Source of the DNA: Candidatus Campbellbacteria bacterium GW2011_OD1_34_28
Lineage (GTDB): Bacteria; Patescibacteriota; Minisyncoccia; Phycocordibacterales; UBA12079
Reading direction: 5' to 3'
NCBI GenBank assembly: GCA_001029775.1
Contig: CP011215.1
Coordinates: 274,685-338,684, forward strand
DNA: 64,000 nucleotides
Shown piece by piece: positions 29,201 through 37,524 of the stretch. How positions within the stretch are numbered: the first letter of the stretch is position 1; every line of letters starts with the position of its first letter. Under the pieces are notes generated by a model. It was not told the DNA's origin and did no database searches. It worked only from the letters and a program-made list of their open reading frames with translations. The translations under genes were made by a program, and so were the position numbers.

Positions 29201-29380
29201 ATGAAATTAATAGATTATCTTAAAGATACAAGAGGAGAGATGAAGCATGTAAGCTGGCCTACAAAGAGTCAGGCTGTTTGGTACACAATTATTGTTATTG
29301 TTATTTCTTTGTTCGTAGCTTTTTTCCTTGGTTTCTTTGATTACATTTTTTCATTACTAATTGAAAAATTTATCATTTAG
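29201..29380 (+). CDS. secE: Preprotein translocase subunit SecE (59 aa, absent from the ORF track)
   Basis: Single C-terminal TM helix, WPTKSQ motif, directly upstream of nusG. Confidence 0.6.
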   Translation: MKLIDYLKDTRGEMKHVSWPTKSQAVWYTIIVIVISLFVAFFLGFFDYIFSLLIEKFII

Positions 29381-29401
29381 TCTTTTCTAAAAATTAAAAT
29401 T

Positions 29402-29980
29402 ATGGAAACACAAGAAAACGAACAAGAAAATAAGATAACAAAGCAAGACGCCAGCGCCGGAAGAAATTGGTATGCAATTCACACATATGCTGGTTATGAA
29501 AATGCTGTTGTAAGAAATCTTAAACAAAGAGTAGAGTCTTTGGGTATGCAAGATCTTATTTTTGATGTTGTTGTTCCGACAGAAAAGAAAATAAAGATAA
29601 AAGGAGGAAAGAGAGTGGAAGAAATGGAAAAAGTTTATCCAGGATATGTTTTGGTAGATATGATCGTAACAGATGAATCATGGTATGTTGTGAGAAATAC
29701 TCCAAGAGTTACTGGTTTCGTTGGGGCGGGAGTAAACCCAGTTCCTGTCAGTCAAACAGAGATGGTAGATTTGATGGCAAGAATGAACACAGATATTACC
29801 AAACACTCTATTGATCTTCAGGCAGACGATGCAGTTATCATTGTCGACGGTCCTTTCAAGGATACAGAAGGAAAGGTAATTGAGTCAGACGAAAAGAGCG
29901 GTAAAGTAAAAGTGCTCGTTTCAATGTTCGGAAGAGAAACCCCTGTAGAGTTGGACTTTTTACAAGTAAAGAGAATATAA
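29402..29980 (+). CDS. nusG: Transcription antiterminator NusG
   Basis: NGN (WYAIHTYAGYE) and KOW (GKVKVLVSMFGRETPVEL) domains. Confidence 0.9.
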   Translation: METQENEQENKITKQDASAGRNWYAIHTYAGYENAVVRNLKQRVESLGMQDLIFDVVVPTEKKIKIKGGKRVEEMEKVYPGYVLVDMIVTDESWYVVRNTPRVTGFVGAGVNPVPVSQTEMVDLMARMNTDITKHSIDLQADDAVIIVDGPFKDTEGKVIESDEKSGKVKVLVSMFGRETPVELDFLQVKRI

Positions 29981-30072
29981 AGTTTAATTAAAAATTAAAT
30001 TAAGCCAACAGCCGATAGCCGATAGCCAGGTTTTAAAAAATCTTGCTATAAGCTATAAGCTATAAGCTTTTG
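29981..30072. repeat. Leader module E, copy 1 (…gccgatagccgatagcc…gctataagctataagctataagc…), immediately 5' of rplK
   Basis: ~90% identical inverted copy at 60618-60724 upstream of recA; identity continues through ATGAAAAATATGGCAAA. Confidence 0.75.
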
Positions 30073-30078
30073 AAAAAT

Positions 30079-30501
30079 ATGGCAAAAGAAGTAATAAAAA
30101 AATTAAAGTTGCAAATTCCTGCGGGAAAAGCAACACCAGCACCTCCTACAGGACCAGCTCTTGGTCAAGCAGGAGTTAACATCAGTGAATTCGTAAATCA
30201 ATTTAACGAAGCAACAAGAGAAAAAGCAGGAAATATTATTCCTGTTGAAATCTCGGTTTATGAAGACAGAACATTTAGCTTTGTTTTGAAGACACCTCCA
30301 GCATCAAGACTTATTTTAAAAGCTCTTGGAGTTGAAAAAGGTTCAGGAAAAAATGTTTCAAAAAAAGTTGGTACAATAACAAAAGACCAAGTTAGACAAA
30401 TTGCAGAAGAGAAAATGCCTGACTTGAGTGCAAACGATGTTGAATCAGCTATGAAAATTATAGAGGGAACAGCTAGATCAATGGGTGTTGAAGTTAAATA
30501 A
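30079..30501 (+). CDS. rplK: 50S ribosomal protein L11
   Basis: [17 protein letters not shown]... Confidence 0.9.
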   Translation: MAKEVIKKLKLQIPAGKATPAPPTGPALGQAGVNISEFVNQFNEATREKAGNIIPVEISVYEDRTFSFVLKTPPASRLILKALGVEKGSGKNVSKKVGTITKDQVRQIAEEKMPDLSANDVESAMKIIEGTARSMGVEVK

Positions 30502-30510
30502 ATAAAATAA

Positions 30511-30545
30511 AAATGACAGAAGCCTTGCTTCTGTCATTTTTATTT
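30511..30545 (+). terminator. Intrinsic terminator after rplK
   Basis: aaatgacagaagc-ct-tgcttctgtcattttt. Confidence 0.6.
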
Positions 30546-30775
30546 TATTTATTTAACTTCAAGTAGTAAGGTGTAAGTAATAAGCAGAGAAAAGAATTTA
30601 GAAAATAGACCTGCCTGCCGTGTCGCTGCTTTTCTTTCAGAAAAGAGGCAGGATTTAGAATTTACCCCGTTTTTCTATAAGCTATCAGTTTTTCTGTTGA
30701 CTTCTTTTGTCTAAAAAACTATACTCGCTTTAGGAATTTTGAAATTCAAATCTCTAATCAAAAAGAGGTGCTTGT

Positions 30776-31423
30776 ATGTTCATAACATTGGAAGGTGGAG
30801 AAGGGGCCGGCAAAACGACCCAGATAGAAAGAATTTTTCAATATTTATCTCAAAAAGGTCATTCGTGTGTAAAGACGAGAGAACCTGGACACGGTTTTAT
30901 TGGGAGACAGATTCGTGCTTTGTTGATGCTTCCTGAAAATGAAACACTTGTTCCAACAGCAGAACTGCTTTTGTTTATGGCAGATCGGGCACAGCACATT
31001 GAATCATTTATTTTGCCCGAAATGCAAAAAGGCAACGTGGTTTTGTGTGATCGCTTTTTTGATTCAACAATTGTCTACCAAGGTTTTGCGGGAAGGATTG
31101 GTGTTGAGAGAGTGATTGCATTTCACGATGTTGTCTTTAGCCATTTTCGTCCCGATCTTACGATTTTGTTTGATTTGTCTCCCGAGGTTGGTCTTGCTCG
31201 GACGATGTGCCAGCTTGATCAAGGAGAGCGATGCGAGAGTGAATCTCGTTTTGAAAAAAAGATGTTGGATTTTCATGAAAGGATTCGTGAAGGATTTTTA
31301 GGTCTTTCAAAATTGGAGTCAAAAAGAATAAAAGTAGTTAATGCAGAATTTTCTCAAGAAGAAGTTTGGTCTCAGATCAAAAAAATTCTTGATGAATTTC
31401 TTGCGAACAACCCCGTCCAGTAG
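30776..31423 (+). CDS. tmk: Thymidylate kinase
   Basis: FITLEGGEGAGKTT P-loop, DRF motif. Confidence 0.85.
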   Translation: MFITLEGGEGAGKTTQIERIFQYLSQKGHSCVKTREPGHGFIGRQIRALLMLPENETLVPTAELLLFMADRAQHIESFILPEMQKGNVVLCDRFFDSTIVYQGFAGRIGVERVIAFHDVVFSHFRPDLTILFDLSPEVGLARTMCQLDQGERCESESRFEKKMLDFHERIREGFLGLSKLESKRIKVVNAEFSQEEVWSQIKKILDEFLANNPVQ

Positions 31424-31616
31424 ACGGGGTTTTAAATTTGAATATATGTAGGATTATTTAAAAATATCTTTTACCACTATCCCAAAATTTTAACGACCGT
31501 TAAAATTTTGGGATAAGGTTGTTTTTGTTGACTTCACCCGCTCAAATAACTATACTTCTTTTCAGGTTTGTTGTTCGTCATTAAAAGCCCATAAGGGCAA
31601 AACAAAGGAGAGGTCT

Positions 31617-32621
31617 ATGAGAAATCTGTTGGTTGTTCCGCCGTCGTCTGAGATTTTGCCGGACGATCTTGGTCTGGCACAGAGGATTGAATACACCGGT
31701 CGGATATGTTACAAAAGCGAAGATAAAATCACGCCTGATTCATCAGCCGGTTTTTGTCGGGACATGACAGGCCACAAACACAATTCTGTTCTTGAAATGG
31801 CCGTTCGGAGCTACTGGTTTAACATCAATTCTTACCCGTATATGAACGAGATTCTTAAATCAATCCCGAAATACCTCATCATTGATGAGGTTGGCATCGG
31901 AGAATGGTTTATAACAGGAAGTGTGCGGGCATTTCGTGAGATGTTTATGTGGTTTCCGGATAACGCGATTTTTCAGGCGATTGCATTTGATATCAACAAA
32001 TCGCACCCGTATTTTTTTGAAGACCTCAAGAAGATTCTCCCTGAATCAGCCCCAGCGAATGTTTCTTATCGTCAGATTCCCCTTGAGGAAATTGATCAAA
32101 TGTCCACAACAATTCAGGCGCGGCATCGTCATGTCGCGGTAAAGTTTATCGTTAATCGTGCCGTGACACACGAGATCGTTCGCCACCGTCCCTGCGCTTT
32201 TCTTCAGGAGAGCCAGCGTTACTGTCGTTACGGTAGTGGCAAATTCGGCGACAGGGTTACCTTTATCAAGCCGATGTTTTTCAAAGAGGACAGCGAAGGT
32301 TATCGTCTGTGGGAGCAGGCGATGCTGGAGACCGAGAGGATTTATCTTGACCTCGTTAACATGAAGGACGAGAACGGAAAAAATCTTTATACGGCTCAGG
32401 CCGCTCGTACGGTTCTTCCAAACTCGTGTAAGACCGAACTTTTTTTGTATGCCCCTCTGACAGAGTGGCATCACATTTTGCACATGCGTACCAGCAAAGC
32501 GGCAGAACCCTCTATGAGAGAAGTGATGGTTCCGCTTCAGCAAGAGTTCATCACACGCTGGCCCAACCAGAATTTCGGCGAACCTCTTCGGATGCCGGAA
32601 GGCCATGTGGTTCAAAGGTAA
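31617..32621 (+). CDS. thyX: FAD-dependent thymidylate synthase ThyX-like (long form, visibly higher GC than its neighbours)
   Basis: ThyX signature RHRPCAFLQESQRY (RHR-x7-S-x-RY), HNSVLEMA; AAAGGAGAGG RBS. Confidence 0.65.
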   Translation: MRNLLVVPPSSEILPDDLGLAQRIEYTGRICYKSEDKITPDSSAGFCRDMTGHKHNSVLEMAVRSYWFNINSYPYMNEILKSIPKYLIIDEVGIGEWFITGSVRAFREMFMWFPDNAIFQAIAFDINKSHPYFFEDLKKILPESAPANVSYRQIPLEEIDQMSTTIQARHRHVAVKFIVNRAVTHEIVRHRPCAFLQESQRYCRYGSGKFGDRVTFIKPMFFKEDSEGYRLWEQAMLETERIYLDLVNMKDENGKNLYTAQAARTVLPNSCKTELFLYAPLTEWHHILHMRTSKAAEPSMREVMVPLQQEFITRWPNQNFGEPLRMPEGHVVQR

Positions 32622-32661
32622 TAATTGAAATATTTACCAAAAAGAAAGGTCTAACTTTTCA

Positions 32662-32695
32662 CAAAGCCCCGACTTCGGTTCGGGGCTTTTTTTTA
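32662..32695 (+). terminator. Intrinsic terminator after thyX
   Basis: aaagccccgacttcggttcggggcttttttttat. Confidence 0.6.
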
Positions 32696-32723
32696 TCCTT
32701 TATTTAGGCTACTATATTGATTA

Positions 32724-34424
32724 ATGATTAAGAATGAGTTGGAAAAAGTAATAAAGTCCGCTGTGTCCGAGTTGGGTATAGAAGCAGGGAAGGTTCATCT
32801 GGAACACCCTGTTGATTTAAAAATGGGTGATTATTCTACTAATGTGGCGATGGTTTATGCAAAACAGATAGGACAGAATCCTCGCGAACTTGCTGAAAAA
32901 ATTGTCGAAAGAATTAAGGCAATTCCAACAGCAACCGGGTTGCTGTTAGGCGTGGAGGTGGCGGGTGCTGGGTTTATAAATTTTTATTTAAAGTCAGAGT
33001 TTTTTGCTGACTCTGTAAAAGATGTTTTAGAAAAAAAAGATGATTACGGAAAAAATGAAAAGTTGAAAGGTAAAAAAATGATGGTGGAATACACCGACCC
33101 AAATCCTTTCAAAGAAATTCATATCGGACATCTAATGACCAATGCTATTGGAGAATCTATTGCAAGAATTATTTCTGCTCAGGGAGCGCAGGTTATTCGT
33201 GCAAACTACCAAGGTGATGTAGGAATGCATGTTGCCAAAGCGGTTTATGGACTTTTGAAATTGGGATACGACGGTTCAAAGATAGGCGAGCTGGCGAGTG
33301 CTTATGCATATGGTGCAAAAGATTTTGATGAAAATAGAAAAGAAATAACCGAAATAAATAAAAAAATTTATGAAAGAAGTGATGAAAAAATAAATGCTCT
33401 TTATGATATTGGTAGAGAAGCAAGTTTGCGTTATTTTGAAGTAATTTATAAAAAATTGGGAATGTTTCCTACAAAACAAGGTAAACATTTTGATGAATAT
33501 TTTTTTGAGAGTGAAACAGCACCGATTGGAAAAGAATTTGTTAAAGGAAATATAGGAAAAGTTTTTAACGAGAGCGAAGGCGCTGTAATCTTTGAGGGAG
33601 AAAAATATGGATTGCATACCCGTGTCTTTTTGAATTCCGAAGGTATTCCTACTTATGAAGCAAAGGATTTGGGACTTATAAAAACAAAGTTTGAAAAGTA
33701 TCCCGACTTGGATTTGTCTATTTCAATAACAGGAAATGAAGTAAACGAATATTTTAAGGTGATGTTAAAATCTGCTGAATTGATAGAACCACAATTGGCA
33801 GAAAAAACAAAACACATTTCACATGGAATGTTGCGATTGCCAGAAGGAAAAATGTCGTCACGAACAGGAGATGTAATAAGTGCCGTTGGATTGATGGCGG
33901 AAATAGAAAAAGAAGTCCAAAAGAGAATGGAAAAGAAAGAAAGTCTTGATTATGATAAGACTGTCGAACAAGTAACATTGTCTGCGATCAAATATTCTAT
34001 TTTGAAATCTGCCAACGGAAAAGATGTTGTCTTTGATATGAATAAATCCGTATCTATTGAAGGAAACTCTGGACCTTATTTGCAATACACAAATGCGAGA
34101 ATAAATTCTATTTTGGAAAAAGCAAAACAAGAAAATATAAAAAGTTGGGAGCAAGGCACCCAAATAGAAATATCCGATGTGGAGAAAATTCTTTATCGTT
34201 TTCCAGAGGTGGTTGAGAGAGTGGGTGAAGAATACGAACCTCATTATATTGCGGTATATTTGTCAGAATTAGCGCAAGCATTTAACTCTTATTATTCCGC
34301 AAACAAAATTGTAGATAGCGGAGATATTAATTCTCCTTATCGTACAGCTCTTGCTCAAGCAGTAGGGCAGGTGATTAAAAATGGGCTGTATCTTTTGGGA
34401 ATTGAGTCTCCTGAGAAGATGTAA
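32724..34424 (+). CDS. argS: Arginine--tRNA ligase
   Basis: HIGH (HIGHLMT), C-terminal anticodon-binding DALA-like domain. Confidence 0.9.
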   Translation: MIKNELEKVIKSAVSELGIEAGKVHLEHPVDLKMGDYSTNVAMVYAKQIGQNPRELAEKIVERIKAIPTATGLLLGVEVAGAGFINFYLKSEFFADSVKDVLEKKDDYGKNEKLKGKKMMVEYTDPNPFKEIHIGHLMTNAIGESIARIISAQGAQVIRANYQGDVGMHVAKAVYGLLKLGYDGSKIGELASAYAYGAKDFDENRKEITEINKKIYERSDEKINALYDIGREASLRYFEVIYKKLGMFPTKQGKHFDEYFFESETAPIGKEFVKGNIGKVFNESEGAVIFEGEKYGLHTRVFLNSEGIPTYEAKDLGLIKTKFEKYPDLDLSISITGNEVNEYFKVMLKSAELIEPQLAEKTKHISHGMLRLPEGKMSSRTGDVISAVGLMAEIEKEVQKRMEKKESLDYDKTVEQVTLSAIKYSILKSANGKDVVFDMNKSVSIEGNSGPYLQYTNARINSILEKAKQENIKSWEQGTQIEISDVEKILYRFPEVVERVGEEYEPHYIAVYLSELAQAFNSYYSANKIVDSGDINSPYRTALAQAVGQVIKNGLYLLGIESPEKM

Positions 34425-34463
34425 TATAGTATGATTAATTATTAATTTAAATTATTTTTTAAA

Positions 34464-34925
34464 ATGGAAAACAAAAATTATTATTGGATTATTTTAGTTT
34501 TATTAGTGTTAGTGGTTGGAGGTTTTTGGTATTATCAAACATACCAAGTCAATCCAAAATCAGAAGATGAATCTTCTGAAGTAAAGATAATCGATTCTTC
34601 TGACACCATTTCTAATAATGTAAGCACTTCTACCGTTCAGATTTATGGTGAGGAATATGAAAAATTTTTAATTGGTACATGGCAGAATTCTGCGAATATT
34701 TTGGATATGACAGTAATAAAACAAGACGGAACAATTGAAAATATTTATGATGGTGATTTGGTTAGTTCTGGAACTTGGAAGACAGAAGGATATCATTTAA
34801 AAATTACCACAAACGGACAAGATAAAACCTACACAGTTTTATTTGCGGGTAATGAGAGGTTGCAACTGGCTCCTTCTCCAGCAGGAACAGGGAATAATTT
34901 GAATTTTACAAGAGTTATTAAATAA
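34464..34925 (+). CDS. Membrane-anchored hypothetical protein
   Basis: N-terminal TM helix, beta-rich remainder. Confidence 0.4.
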   Translation: MENKNYYWIILVLLVLVVGGFWYYQTYQVNPKSEDESSEVKIIDSSDTISNNVSTSTVQIYGEEYEKFLIGTWQNSANILDMTVIKQDGTIENIYDGDLVSSGTWKTEGYHLKITTNGQDKTYTVLFAGNERLQLAPSPAGTGNNLNFTRVIK

Positions 34926-35185
34926 ACTTAAAAGATAAAAGATGACCACAGCAAGACCGTGGTCATTTTTTGTTTGACTTTATGTTGTGTTTGAGTATTA
35001 TGTACACATAAATGTTCTTGATTAAATCTTGAAAAGAGATGCATTTGTAAGTATTTTCCGGCGTGGAAGACATTGGTTTTCCGGAAAACCAGAGTCAAAA
35101 CTTTCAGATGTTTAGCGAACGAACCGGTGTGAGGACACTGTCGCTGGTCTTTTCTCTCCTCATCTCTTTTCATCCTTGTTGTGTT

Positions 35186-35264
35186 GGGGCGTAGCTCAAT
35201 CTCTCTCTTGGCAGAGCGCCTGTTTGAGAACAGGAAGATGGTCGGTTCGAATCCGTCCGCTCCA
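35186..35264 (+). tRNA. tRNA-like element / probable degenerate tRNA (Ala-type GGGGC acceptor with G3:U70)
   Basis: GGGGCGTAGCTCAA[tctctctctt]GGCAGAGCGCCTGTTTGAGAACAGG...GGTTCGAATCC...CGCTCCA. The D-loop is ~16 nt, the T-stem has a mismatch and the anticodon loop reads GAG. Followed by a terminator at 35275-35300. Confidence 0.3.
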
Positions 35265-35299
35265 ATCAAAAATAAAAGTCCGCCTGTGGCGGACTTTTT

Positions 35300-36022
35300 C
35301 TATTGGTGGAGATTTTCTCTCCGCTCAGAAATATAGGCTCTCTTGATAGCGGTGTATTGGTCCACCGATCCATCCATAATACCTTTGTATGTTGGAGAAA
35401 AATCATGCCATAGATCGATAGAATCGGCTGATTGTAAAGAAAATCTTTCTACACTGCCGGTGTATTTTACTGGTGAAATAAAATATTCACCAAAATTACC
35501 AAAAGAACTGCGGAAAGTTCGGGGTCCAAATAATGGCCAGATGATGTAAACACCTTCGCCGACGCCCCAATAGGCAAGGCCTTGGTCGATGTCTTCTTCA
35601 TCTGGCGGGTTAAATTTTACTGGTCGAAAAATTCCGCCGATTCCAAAAAAAGAATTGTTAATTGTTTCATTCATTGTGAGACCGACAATTTCTCCTTTTC
35701 CTTGCATTGCTGCTCCAAAAAGACGAGTTGGAAATGAAAGGTTGTAAAAGAAATTTCCGATACAGTCTCGGACAGGCTCCGGAATTTTTTCGTAAAGATT
35801 TTTGTTGATTGGTTCCAGTACCCACATATAGAATTTGTCGTTGACGTAAAATGTGATTCTGTTCAGTGGTTCAAAAGGGTCCCATACTTCACACACTGTT
35901 TGCTCTTCGTCTGAAAGAGGGTCTTCATAAAAAACGCACCCTTCCGGTTTTTGAGCACAACCGATTTGAGTTGTAACCAATAATAAAAAAATTGACGAAA
36001 GAACCCATTCTTTTTTCTGCAT
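35300..36022 (-). CDS. MlaA/VacJ-family lipoprotein
   Basis: Signal peptide plus lipobox (QIGC), then DPFEPLNR...NFFYNLSFP...MQGKG...TMNETINNSFFGIGG, a close match to the MlaA domain; GC higher than the genome background. Confidence 0.65.
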   Translation of the reverse strand: MQKKEWVLSSIFLLLVTTQIGCAQKPEGCVFYEDPLSDEEQTVCEVWDPFEPLNRITFYVNDKFYMWVLEPINKNLYEKIPEPVRDCIGNFFYNLSFPTRLFGAAMQGKGEIVGLTMNETINNSFFGIGGIFRPVKFNPPDEEDIDQGLAYWGVGEGVYIIWPLFGPRTFRSSFGNFGEYFISPVKYTGSVERFSLQSADSIDLWHDFSPTYKGIMDGSVDQYTAIKRAYISERRENLHQ

Positions 36023-36125
36023 TTGCCCCTCCTTTTTTGTCGATGATAGACGGTTCTAGTATTTAGCGTATAGTAGTTTTGAATAATCTCAAAGGGGATA
36101 AATTTTGTTTAGATATTAAAAACAT

Positions 36126-36154
36126 TTGACATTTTTCTGTTTAGAATCTATCCT
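36126..36154 (+). promoter_or_regulatory. Sigma70-like promoter (TTGACA, 17 nt spacer, TATCCT) driving the small-ORF/rSAM operon
   Basis: ttgacatttttctgtttagaatctatcct about 55 bp upstream of the AGGAGG RBS. Confidence 0.45.
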
Positions 36155-36208
36155 TTTAAAAGGACTAGGTACTATTACGAAAATCTTTTAACCAGAGGAG
36201 GCGGTATC

Positions 36209-36310
36209 ATGAAGAGAAATGTGGCAAAAAAGAGCGGGAAGAAAATACCCCGTTCGAAAAAAAAGATTCGTGTGCGTATCGGCAAGGGTAGTTGCAGTAT
36301 TTGCGACTGA
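36209..36310 (+). CDS. 33-aa basic Cys-containing peptide (candidate rSAM substrate/precursor): MKRNVAKKSGKKIPRSKKKIRVRIGKGSCSICD
   Basis: Perfect AGGAGG RBS 7 nt upstream of the ATG; not in the ORF track (<60 aa); followed by a hairpin/terminator and the rSAM-SPASM gene. Confidence 0.4.
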   Translation: MKRNVAKKSGKKIPRSKKKIRVRIGKGSCSICD

Positions 36311-36320
36311 TCTCGGCAAA

Positions 36321-36347
36321 CAAGGAGGGCTCGCCCTCCTTGTTTTC
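36321..36347 (+). terminator. Inter-cistronic hairpin/attenuator (caaggaggg-ctcg-ccctccttg + TTTTC)
   Basis: 9-bp perfect stem then a T-run, between the small ORF and the rSAM gene. Confidence 0.5.
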
Positions 36348-36369
36348 AAATCAAGACAAGGGAGAAAAA

Positions 36370-37455
36370 ATGGATTGCAATACTGAAACACCAACATTAG
36401 ATGTTGAAATAGGTGATACTGTTTACGCAATTGAATTTGGACAGATTCAGATTGAAATTACCGGACTTTGTAATATGCATTGTCAGCATTGCAGGGCGTC
36501 GAATCAGCCTGTCGAGGAAATGAGTATTGATAATATCGTAAAAATTATCAAATTTGCTCGGCAGTTCAGCCCCAATTACAAAGAAATTGTCGTTTCAGGC
36601 GGTGAGCCAACATTGCATAGAGATTTTTCTGGCGTGTTGAAAGCTGTGAGAAAAAATGGCGGTGATTTTGTCACCCTTACTACAAACGGTTCCATTTTTA
36701 ATAAAACACATCTCGACTTGATCGAAAGCCTGGATTTTAAGCGCTTTGTTTTATCGGTCAGTATCGACAGTCTTGACGCCAAAGAGCACGACACTTTTCG
36801 TGGGTATCAGGGAGCGTTTGATAAAGCCGTTCGATCTTTGTCGTTAATTGCAGAAAGTAAACTTCCCAACATCGTTGCCTCGATGCGTTCTACCATCAAG
36901 GCTACACAAATCGACGATATGGAAGCTATGGCAGAATATGCTCAAAAAATAGGTTGTCAAAGAGTTAGTTTCTCTGCTATTCATCCGGCTGGTCGTGCCA
37001 TCTTGCGTCCTGATTTGTGGATGACCTCTGAGCAGAAACTCGCTTTTCTCAAAAACATCTACGCATTGAAGGAAAAATTTCCCGAGATGAACATCACGAC
37101 CAACGACCCTCTTAAATGTTTGTTGCGTGGCAAGAGTGATGTCGGAGGAGAAGACGAACTAGTCTTTGATGGTTGCGGAGCTGCGGCGATTACTTTCAAT
37201 GTAAATGCTGACGGGGTAATGACCCCTTGTGCGCTTCTGGATGTTCCGATGATGAACACGAAAAATCTTTCCATTGAGGAAATCACCGAACAGTATCGAA
37301 AAAACTGGATTGTGAGGAATATGCTCACTATGAATTTCGACGGTAAGTGTGGAACTTGCCCGACGAAATATCAGTGCGGTGGTTGTCGTGCCAGAGCATT
37401 GATTCAAAACGGCGACATGTTTGGCGAAGATCCTCATTGTTGGATTACACCGTAA
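36370..37455 (+). CDS. Radical SAM enzyme with C-terminal SPASM domain (peptide-modifying maturase-like)
   Basis: CNMHCQHC rSAM cluster, GGEPTL, C-terminal CGAAA...C...CGTCPTKYQCGGCRARA SPASM cysteines. Confidence 0.75.
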   Translation: MDCNTETPTLDVEIGDTVYAIEFGQIQIEITGLCNMHCQHCRASNQPVEEMSIDNIVKIIKFARQFSPNYKEIVVSGGEPTLHRDFSGVLKAVRKNGGDFVTLTTNGSIFNKTHLDLIESLDFKRFVLSVSIDSLDAKEHDTFRGYQGAFDKAVRSLSLIAESKLPNIVASMRSTIKATQIDDMEAMAEYAQKIGCQRVSFSAIHPAGRAILRPDLWMTSEQKLAFLKNIYALKEKFPEMNITTNDPLKCLLRGKSDVGGEDELVFDGCGAAAITFNVNADGVMTPCALLDVPMMNTKNLSIEEITEQYRKNWIVRNMLTMNFDGKCGTCPTKYQCGGCRARALIQNGDMFGEDPHCWITP

Positions 37456-37460
37456 TTTTT

Positions 37461-37496
37461 GCAAGCCACCCTTTGGATAAGGGGTGGCTTTTTTGT
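37461..37496 (+). terminator. Intrinsic terminator after the rSAM gene
   Basis: gcaagccaccc-tttggataa-ggggtggcttttttg. Confidence 0.6.
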
Positions 37497-37524
37497 TTGC
37501 CCGTTTTAGTGTATTATTTTTTCT

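Noticed and set aside
35186-35264. tmRNA (ssrA) because of the Ala-type acceptor with G3:U70
   Set aside because: Both acceptor halves are contiguous in 79 nt, with no tag-peptide reading frame or pseudoknot region. It fits a degenerate tRNA better.
36209-36310. Small basic ORF as a ribosomal protein (bL33/bL36-like)
   Set aside because: Only two Cys, so no Cys4 zinc ribbon, and no match to known r-protein signatures. The context with the rSAM enzyme favours a modified-peptide role, but this remains unproven.
36292-36369. Longer N-terminal extension of the rSAM ORF (track start 36292)
   Set aside because: The extension overlaps the strongly supported small ORF and the hairpin. An internal ATG at 36370 has its own RBS (GGGAGAAAAA).
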